DNA of 64,000 nucleotides from an uncultured bacterium (GTDB taxonomy: Bacteria; Oederibacteriota; PGYV01; CAWJRG01): the NCBI GenBank assembly GCA_963845185.1, contig CAWJRG010000001.1, positions 224,001 to 288,000 on the forward strand. The letters run 5' to 3'. The translations under genes were made by a program, and so were the position numbers. Under the pieces are notes generated by a model that had not been told where the DNA came from, did not search any database, and was given only the letters and a program-made list of their open reading frames with translations. Every line of letters begins with the position of its first letter. Within the stretch, counting starts at the first letter, position 1. Below, one piece after another: positions 56,945 through 64,000 of this stretch.

Positions 56945-59293
56945 TTACCCCATTATAACTTCTATAGAATGCTCCTTGTTGTCTTTAAATATCGGCACTA
57001 AATTGCCCTTTATTATCTTGCCATCGGCCGTGACTTTTTTTACGCCTTTATTTACACCATCGGGGTTTTTTACTGTGATATTGTAAGTCGCGCCCCTGAA
57101 TACCCTTTTTACCTTGAACCCCTTCCACTTTTTTGGTATACAGGGATCAATTATAAGCCCGTTAAAATCAGTCCTTACTCCAAGTATATATTGTGATATT
57201 GCCACAAAGTTCCATGCGGCTGTGCCTGTGAGCCATGAATTTTTTGCCTGCCCAAAGTCCTTGTGTTCTTTTCCGGCTATCATCTGCGAATAAACATAAG
57301 GCTCGGTCCAGTGTACATCGGCTATGTCGTTAAGTGCTGCTGGAAGTATGGTCTTATAGTACAGCATTGCTTCCTCTCCCCTGCCCGCCATGGCTTCGGA
57401 GCACATTGCCCATGGGTTTGTATGGCAGAATATTGCCGCGTTTTCCTTTAAGCCCTTGGGAAATACCGAAACATATCCAAGTTCCTCGTGGTGTTCCGAA
57501 TATGCCGGCCAGAAAAGGACTATGCCGTATTTTGTATATAAATTTTTCTTTATGCTGTTTAAAGTGGTTATCATTCTTTCGCCTTCGGCCACTCCGGATA
57601 AAACCGCCCATGTGTTCGACTCAATCCATATTTTACCCTCCTTATTATTGGAAGAACCTACCGGTGTGCCGTCGTCTTCAAAAGCCCTTAAATACCATTC
57701 CCCGTCCCATGCTTTTTCATTTATCCTTTTCTTCATCTCTATTGCCATTTCCCTGTATTTTTCCACGTCAAGAACCCTGCCGGATTTCTCGGCAAGTTCG
57801 GCAAGAAGGTTTGCGCCAAGAACGAACTGACAGGCTATCATTACCGAAGACCCCATGCCTTTCGGCCCTGCTAAATTCAGACAGTCGTTCCAATCTGCTT
57901 TACCCGCTTTCGGCAGGCCTTGCCAGCCTGTATTATTCCATGAATATTCAATCGCCCTCTGAACATGCTCGTACATTTTTCCTTTGCTTTCATCGTTATA
58001 AGGCACTATCTCATTTAAAAAATTGATGTCCCCAGATTCTCTTATGTAATTATGTACAGCCTGAACAAGCCATAAATGATCATCGCCAAATCCATCGCCC
58101 CTGCCCTTTTTGGTAAGCGGCGAGTAACCGTGCATGGCGCAGCCTTCGGGAAACTGAACCGAAGCTAATTCAATAAGTCTCGCCCTTACTTTATCCGGTA
58201 TCTGGTGGGCAAATCCCAGCGTGTCCTGGTTTGAATCCCTGAAACCCATTCCGCGCTCCCCGCCCGCCTCGTAATATGATGCCGACCTCGACCAATTGAA
58301 TGTTGTCTTGCACTGATATTGGTTCCATATATTTACCATGGAATTAATTGCCGGATCCGGGGTTTCCGCGGAATATTTGCTTAAATTATCGTCCCAGTGG
58401 CTGCGTAAATCCGCAAATTCCTTGTCAACCGAGCCTGGCTTTTTATATTTTGCAAATACTTTTTTTTCCTCGCCCATCTTTTCCTCATAACCAAGTATAA
58501 AAGTCACCTGCTTTTCCTGCCCTGCTTTGAGGCTTACGTTAATATTAAGCCCTGCAAAAGGTGCCCATCCTACTGCGAGAGAGTTTGAGCATTTGCCTTT
58601 TTCTACGGCTATTGGGTTTGCTTCACCCCTGTACGGCCCGGTAAAAGACTGTCTAACGCCGTCATATGAGGCTACTTTTTTATCCGCCCAGAAATAGGAA
58701 AAACAATTCTGGTGCGCGTGATAGTTAGTTACATGGTATATTGCGTTATTTAAAAATTTTGTCTGGCCTATATTAAGGTTGTACTGAAAATCGGTTGCGT
58801 CATTTTGTGCGTCCCACATGCAGAATTCCACATAAGTAAAAAGGCTTAAACTTTTCACTTTTTTCGAATTATTTTTGATTTTAATACGCCATATTTCATG
58901 GCTTTCTCCGATAGGAACAAAGTAAGTTGTCTCGGATGCTATACCTGCGTATTCGGCCCTAATCTTGGTATAACTTAACCCGTGCCTGCATTCGTATTTA
59001 TATTTTTTTAAATCCTTGTTTGTAGGTTGCCAAGACGCAGACCAGTAATCTTTTGATTTATTATCCCTGATATAAATATACCTTCCGGGCCTGTCGCTGG
59101 GAACATTATTATAACGGTATCTAAGTATTCTCCTGTGGGCCGCATCGCGGTAAAAACTGTACCCTCCCGCGGTATTTGACATAAGACCGCAGTAAACATC
59201 CACTCCAAGATAATTAATCCATGGCAGCGGCGTATCCGGCCTTGTTATGACATATTCCCTGTTTTCGTCGTCAAAATACCCATATCGCATCAT
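56945..59293 (-). CDS. GH94 glycoside phosphorylase (cellobiose/chitobiose phosphorylase-like)
   Basis: YGYFDD..REYVI, PWINYLG, GFRDSNQD, ADWNDCL, KENAAIFCH, WLTGTA. Confidence 0.92.
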   Translation of the reverse strand: MMRYGYFDDENREYVITRPDTPLPWINYLGVDVYCGLMSNTAGGYSFYRDAAHRRILRYRYNNVPSDRPGRYIYIRDNKSKDYWSASWQPTNKDLKKYKYECRHGLSYTKIRAEYAGIASETTYFVPIGESHEIWRIKIKNNSKKVKSLSLFTYVEFCMWDAQNDATDFQYNLNIGQTKFLNNAIYHVTNYHAHQNCFSYFWADKKVASYDGVRQSFTGPYRGEANPIAVEKGKCSNSLAVGWAPFAGLNINVSLKAGQEKQVTFILGYEEKMGEEKKVFAKYKKPGSVDKEFADLRSHWDDNLSKYSAETPDPAINSMVNIWNQYQCKTTFNWSRSASYYEAGGERGMGFRDSNQDTLGFAHQIPDKVRARLIELASVQFPEGCAMHGYSPLTKKGRGDGFGDDHLWLVQAVHNYIRESGDINFLNEIVPYNDESKGKMYEHVQRAIEYSWNNTGWQGLPKAGKADWNDCLNLAGPKGMGSSVMIACQFVLGANLLAELAEKSGRVLDVEKYREMAIEMKKRINEKAWDGEWYLRAFEDDGTPVGSSNNKEGKIWIESNTWAVLSGVAEGERMITTLNSIKKNLYTKYGIVLFWPAYSEHHEELGYVSVFPKGLKENAAIFCHTNPWAMCSEAMAGRGEEAMLYYKTILPAALNDIADVHWTEPYVYSQMIAGKEHKDFGQAKNSWLTGTAAWNFVAISQYILGVRTDFNGLIIDPCIPKKWKGFKVKRVFRGATYNITVKNPDGVNKGVKKVTADGKIIKGNLVPIFKDNKEHSIEVIMG

Positions 59294-59402
59294 TTTTCTC
59301 CCGATAACTGTCTTTGTTTTATTCCTGATGATTTTTTTTGGCGGGAACTATATATAAACTCCCTCACCAAACAATCACTTCCAAGATTATTTCACAAGAA
59401 TA

Positions 59403-59453
59403 ATACAGATAAAAATAAGGGGAAATTTATTTTCCCCTTATTTTTATCTGTAT
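59403..59453. terminator. 23-bp perfect inverted repeat / terminator
   Basis: ATACAGATAAAAATAAGGGGAAA-TTTAT-TTTCCCCTTATTTTTATCTGTAT. Confidence 0.8.
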
Positions 59454-59472
59454 ATTGTAATAACTTTTATTT

Positions 59473-60501
59473 TTAAAATTTACCTATTACTGACAGATAT
59501 TGCAAAGGAGTTAATTCATTATTAACCCATGCGTAATCCAATCCGATAAAATACCATCTTAAACTCGCTCCTAGCGTCCATGTAGGTTGCTGCTGCAGCC
59601 CCTGAGATATTTCGCTATAACCCTGTAATCCGCCTCTAATTCCTATCATCCTGTTCCACCAGTACTCGGCTCCAACATGGTATATAAGCTGGTATTTTGT
59701 GTCAATATCAGCCGCAATGATAAACTCGCTTTTCATTTGTTTTAAAAAATCCATTGGCAGATTATACGCAAGCCCTGTCTTTACATTTATAGCAACCTGT
59801 TCCATTCCGCCTAGAAAGGCGTTGATGCCAGTGCCTACTGAACCCCAGTCCATTGCACTATATATATCCTGAAAATTTACGCCGAGCGATAATCCCTGTA
59901 ACCCACTTGAAAGCGTGGCCATATTCAGATAAAGCCCTGCGTCAACACCACCACCGCTGTAATTTACTGTAGACAGGCTATAGCCCGATGGAGCAGAAGC
60001 ATTTGCTATTGTCGCCGGATAATTTCCAAGCAACAGTTTACCCGATACTCCGATTGAAAAACCCTCAATAAGATTTCTTGCATATGAAACATAAATAGTG
60101 TTATCAGCATTTTCCTCCGTACCTAGAAGAGTGCCGCTACTATCCGTTATTTGTATGCCTCCAATTCCCTGCCTCAACCATGCCACGCCGAATGCGCCAA
60201 TATCATTACTTACGTTATAAACAAGATTAACGTAAGTATACTTGGTGTCAATCTGGTTATTGAAGCTCTGCGTCAATTTCACGTCCGATACTTCCACACC
60301 TTTAACATTCACGAGTCCCGCAGGGTTCCAGTATGAGGTAGAAGCATCGTCTGCCACAGCCGCAAACGCACCTCCCATGCCAAGCGCCCTCGCGCCAACG
60401 CCAATTGCCATCGATTCACCCGCATAGTCATCCGCATATAAACTGATTGCAAAAAACGTAAACACAACCGCCACTAAAACCATCTTCATCATTAACTTCA
60501 T
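59473..60501 (-). CDS. PorV/PorQ-like (FadL-superfamily) outer-membrane barrel
   Basis: GVGARALGMGGAF.AVADD....YWNPAGL; terminal Phe. Confidence 0.82.
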   Translation of the reverse strand: MKLMMKMVLVAVVFTFFAISLYADDYAGESMAIGVGARALGMGGAFAAVADDASTSYWNPAGLVNVKGVEVSDVKLTQSFNNQIDTKYTYVNLVYNVSNDIGAFGVAWLRQGIGGIQITDSSGTLLGTEENADNTIYVSYARNLIEGFSIGVSGKLLLGNYPATIANASAPSGYSLSTVNYSGGGVDAGLYLNMATLSSGLQGLSLGVNFQDIYSAMDWGSVGTGINAFLGGMEQVAINVKTGLAYNLPMDFLKQMKSEFIIAADIDTKYQLIYHVGAEYWWNRMIGIRGGLQGYSEISQGLQQQPTWTLGASLRWYFIGLDYAWVNNELTPLQYLSVIGKF

Positions 60502-60524
60502 AATCTTCTTACCTCCTTCAAAAG

Positions 60525-61625
60525 TTATATTATTGCCGTTTCGTTTGACGCGTCAAAAAAATGCGCCTTGTTCATGTCAAATACCAGCTCGAGTTCCTGG
60601 TTTATGTCTATCTCCGCGTCGGAGTCCATCTTCGCTATGAACGGCGTCTTCCCTGTCGTCAAATACACCAGGTTTTCGCTTCCAAGCGGTTCCACTACCT
60701 CAACCGTTGCCACCACCGTATTGTCCGCGCTCGCGTTCGGAGCGTACACCTTGTCGTATATGTCTTCCGGCCTTATTCCCATTATTATCGGCTGCCCTGC
60801 CTTGCCCTTCAGCAGCGCTCCCATCGACTCCGGCACCTTTACCTCGAAATTCTCTTCGTTGAAAAATAATCCCCCTTTCTTTTCCTCCAGTATTCCGTCT
60901 ATGAAATTCATTGACGGGCTCCCTATAAATCCTGCACAGAATTTGTTCACTGGCTTATCATACAGTGTCTTCGGGTCCGCTATCTGCTGTATCTCTCCGT
61001 CCTTCATTACCACTATCTTCTCCCCCATTGTCATTGCTTCCACCTGGTCGTGCGTTACGTATATCATTGTCGCCTGCAGCCTCGTGTGCAGCTTTGAAAG
61101 CTCTGCCCTCATCTGCACCCTTAGTTTTGCGTCCAGGTTCGACAACGGCTCGTCAAACAAGAATACCTTCGGCTTCCTTACTATCGCCCTTCCTACCGCT
61201 ACCCTCTGTCTCTCTCCTCCGGACAGCTCTTTCGGCCTCCTCTTCAGCAGTTTCTGTATCCCGAGTATATCAGCCGCCTCGTCTACCCTCTGCTTTATCT
61301 CTGCCTTCGGGTATTTCCTAAGTTTTAACCCAAATGCCATATTTTCCTCTACTGTCATGTGCGGGTATAACGCGTAGTTCTGGAATACCATTGCTATATC
61401 CCTGTCTTTCGGCGGCACGTCATTTACCATCATGTCGTCTATAAATATCTCTCCTGCCGTGGCTTCCTCCAGTCCTGCCACCATCCTCAATGTCGTTGTC
61501 TTTCCGCATCCGGATGGCCCTACCAGTATTAAAAATTCTTTATCTTCGCATACTATATTTGCACCTTTTACTGCAAGTACGTTTCCGTATTTCTTCATTA
61601 CATTTTTCATTACTACTCTCGCCAT
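60525..61625 (-). CDS. Sugar ABC transporter ATPase (MsmX/UgpC/MalK family)
   Basis: GPSGCGKT, VFQNYALYPHM, LSGGERQR, DEPLSNLDAKLR, TOBE domain. Confidence 0.95.
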   Translation of the reverse strand: MARVVMKNVMKKYGNVLAVKGANIVCEDKEFLILVGPSGCGKTTTLRMVAGLEEATAGEIFIDDMMVNDVPPKDRDIAMVFQNYALYPHMTVEENMAFGLKLRKYPKAEIKQRVDEAADILGIQKLLKRRPKELSGGERQRVAVGRAIVRKPKVFLFDEPLSNLDAKLRVQMRAELSKLHTRLQATMIYVTHDQVEAMTMGEKIVVMKDGEIQQIADPKTLYDKPVNKFCAGFIGSPSMNFIDGILEEKKGGLFFNEENFEVKVPESMGALLKGKAGQPIIMGIRPEDIYDKVYAPNASADNTVVATVEVVEPLGSENLVYLTTGKTPFIAKMDSDAEIDINQELELVFDMNKAHFFDASNETAII

Positions 61626-61641
61626 TTTGTCCTCCGCTATT

Positions 61642-62030
61642 TTACAAAATTTTTAAATATAATTCCCTGCTCCTGGGACCGTCAAATTCGCAAAAATAAA
61701 TTCCCTGCCATCTGCCGAGTACCATTTGCCCGCTTTTTATAAAAAAAACAATTCATTCCCAAATACCGATGATTTTATATGAGAATCCGCATTTCCTTCT
61801 CCGTGCGTATATCCGTCGCCTTCTGGTACGATTTCGCTAATTTTTCTCATTATATCATTTCTTACAGCAGGATCCGCGTTCTCATTTATAGTAAGTCCCG
61901 CAGTTGTATGCGGTACATATAAAAAAACCATGCCTTCTTTTATCTTTTCCGCAGCAACTAATTTACGCACTTCATCAGTTATTTCTATAAACTCCATTCT
62001 TTTCCTGGTGTTTATATTAATAACTTTCAT
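61642..62030 (-). pseudogene. yjbQ: YjbQ (UPF0047) protein with a 1-nt frameshift in a T8 run
   Basis: PHTTAG.TINENADP and GNADSHIKS; adding one T gives [28 protein letters not shown]...*. Confidence 0.85.
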
Positions 62031-62971
62031 TTAAATTTTAATGTTAATCCTATTCTGTGCGTGCTGCCAAGAACGCCGTAATCTTGAAACGCGTAATCAA
62101 GTTCATAAATATCAAATTTTATACCTGCCCCTATTACAAATCCTGCCATAATTTGAGGCGTAGCTACGCCTTCTGTAACGTGATTCATATCAAACATACC
62201 CTGATATTGATAGCCTGTTCTAACAACAAGCAGGTCTCTGTACCAGTATTCAAAACCCGCAGCCAGAATCCCGTTTGTTTCAATTGGTTGAATATAGTCA
62301 AGCGTTAAAACCATATTGTAGAACCCCTTGTATGCCGCTCCTAGCTTAACCGTTACCGGTGGCAAAAAAGATTCTCCAAACCCAAATTTCGGCCCAAGAT
62401 TCTGCAGGCAAGCCCCAAATTGAAGTCCCGGTACTTCTTGAATTTTATATATACCTCCAATATCGGCAACAAAACCAAAAGAACCTTGGTTGGCAATGGT
62501 TTCATTAAAAAGTTTTATTGATATACCTAAAGACAATTGTTTATTGATCTGTGTGCCGTAGCCGAGATCTATGCCCAGATCTCCCGCAGAAAAAGCCGCT
62601 TGCGGATTGCCGTTAATATCCCATCCCGGAATGTCGCCGGAATTAACGTAAACGATTGCAAGTCCAAGCGTACCAATATCACCAAAAGGATATGCGCCGG
62701 CAAGGTAATCATAAAAAATACTCTGCAGCCATATACTATGCATAAATGTGGCTTCGAAGCTTGGAAGTAACGCAAGTCCAGCTGGATTCCAGAGAGTTGC
62801 GTTTACATCGTCGGCTAAAGCCGTAAAAGCGCCTCCCATTGCAATAGGTCTGGCACCCTCTTCCAGCTTTAAAAATGCCGCTGCTGTAGTTCCCTGATCG
62901 GCCAATACAGTAAGCCCTGATGACAATATTATTGCTACTGTAATAACGATCAAAACCACTTTTTTACCCAT
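62027..62971 (-). CDS. PorV/PorQ-like outer-membrane barrel
   Basis: FLKL..GARPIAMGGAFTALADD....WNPAGL; DYAF...G.LG.THR. Confidence 0.85.
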   Translation of the reverse strand: MGKKVVLIVITVAIILSSGLTVLADQGTTAAAFLKLEEGARPIAMGGAFTALADDVNATLWNPAGLALLPSFEATFMHSIWLQSIFYDYLAGAYPFGDIGTLGLAIVYVNSGDIPGWDINGNPQAAFSAGDLGIDLGYGTQINKQLSLGISIKLFNETIANQGSFGFVADIGGIYKIQEVPGLQFGACLQNLGPKFGFGESFLPPVTVKLGAAYKGFYNMVLTLDYIQPIETNGILAAGFEYWYRDLLVVRTGYQYQGMFDMNHVTEGVATPQIMAGFVIGAGIKFDIYELDYAFQDYGVLGSTHRIGLTLKFK

Positions 62972-63183
62972 AAAAACACTTCCTCTCGGTATTTTTTAAA
63001 ATATTAGCATTTCTTTTTATAAGTGTCAAGTTTAAACTATTCATAGTTAAACCTTACTTTACTTCTTAATCTTTTTAGACAAATTATAAAATCAAAAGTT
63101 CCGTTTATTTTATAGTATATTTATATAGTACCATCAACGGCGTCCACGTTATGAAACATTTGTGCTAAAAACTTACATTTTCT

Positions 63184-64000
63184 CTATTTTATAGCGGCAT
63201 TGCCCTTATAAATAACTTTGCCACCACGTTTTATTATATACAAATATAGGCCGCTGCTGACTTGGCTCTTGCCTGTATTTGTCCTCCCGTCCCAACAACA
63301 GGAATAACCGTTATCATCCCAATTCATGGGTATCTTTTTTATCAACTCAGCCGCAATATTATAGATATACATATACATTAATGTGTTTGATGGCTGTTCG
63401 CCCAAAACCGTGACACAAAAATTCTCTCCTTTTTCCGGATGAAATAAGTTATTTTTTATTATCACTTTAACGCCTGCAGGCGTGGCAGTTGGCACTGGAG
63501 TATTCATATAAAATCCCATGTTTTCAACAGCTACACATGCGCTTGCATGAACAGTGCTTGATGGCTGGAAAGAAATTGCTAGTATATTTTGCCTGGTGAA
63601 AGGCGTTCCGGTTATTCCCCACGAAGCTTGGGTCATATTCGCGAACGGGAACATGTAATAAGCCCAAAAGGTGTTTGAATTAAAGTCCATTCCATAGTAA
63701 TCATAATTTGGAATATTGTTCTGATTTAAAAACACCCTTGCCTGCAATCCGTCACCTTTATATAAAAACATTATGCCATCATAACTGCTTACATCCGTCG
63801 GCGACCATGAAGGACTCAATGGCGCGCTCAACCCAAATCCCCATGCGCCTGAATTCGAAGACACAGTACCGGTAACTATTGCGTAATAACACATTGAGCC
63901 ATTTACGTTTCCATATGCCTTTGCGTTAAAGGGGTTTGGCGACCACACGCTTCCCAGCGTGTCGCCGTAACTGTCCCATATCCCTCCCCAAAGATCTATA
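63184..64000 (-). CDS. CBM11/CIA30-like protein with P/T linker and FlgD-Ig/T9SS-like C-terminal domain (5' part outside window)
   Basis: Frame open to the window edge (DLWGG.W..Y.D); DVSSYDGI.F..KG, Q.SWG; TPVPTATP; IYN...ELIK...WDG......VSSGLY. Confidence 0.75.
   Translation of the reverse strand, partial: IDLWGGIWDSYGDTLGSVWSPNPFNAKAYGNVNGSMCYYAIVTGTVSSNSGAWGFGLSAPLSPSWSPTDVSSYDGIMFLYKGDGLQARVFLNQNNIPNYDYYGMDFNSNTFWAYYMFPFANMTQASWGITGTPFTRQNILAISFQPSSTVHASACVAVENMGFYMNTPVPTATPAGVKVIIKNNLFHPEKGENFCVTVLGEQPSNTLMYMYIYNIAAELIKKIPMNWDDNGYSCCWDGRTNTGKSQVSSGLYLYIIKRGGKVIYKGNAAIK

Noticed and set aside
1..64000. CRISPR array, tRNA or rRNA genes
   Set aside because: No regularly spaced identical repeats with unique spacers, and no recognisable tRNA or rRNA sequence

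Overview
A 64 kb window of low-to-moderate GC bacterial chromosome from a diderm, probably anaerobic organism. PorV-like barrels, a CBM11/CIA30 protein with a FlgD-Ig-like C-terminus, and LPS inner-core genes suggest an uncultured lineage such as Ca. Goldbacteria; this assignment is inference only. Left to right: a 2-oxoacid:ferredoxin oxidoreductase operon; a tandem array of seven paralogous outer-membrane beta-barrel genes, several with their own promoter and terminator and with REPs between them; an IS1182-family element inserted into a REP beside a RAYT gene; a TPAT/TRAP transporter; a CoA-activase, tldD and rnhA; a kdsA-pyrG-kdsB-heptose-msbA LPS cluster; a TetR-controlled Lol-like ABC/menA operon; an accessory island at about 42-50 kb; a split transketolase plus RuBisCO-like protein operon near metF; and a GH94/MsmX/PorV carbohydrate locus. 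The island holds an IS3 element, a repeat protein, an ORF-less group II intron, two toxin-antitoxin pairs and a ParB-like gene. The main unexplained signals are: (1) a ~120 bp multi-hairpin element in three copies, for which a filled/empty-site pair inside the window strongly supports mobility without target duplication; (2) a covarying 5'-leader hairpin abutting the RBS of three unrelated genes; (3) a group II intron at a start codon that carries its own SD and in-frame GTG in domain VI; (4) the mosaic OMP array; (5) an RLP with a transketolase whose active-site residues are altered. Three single-base frameshifts may be sequencing errors.
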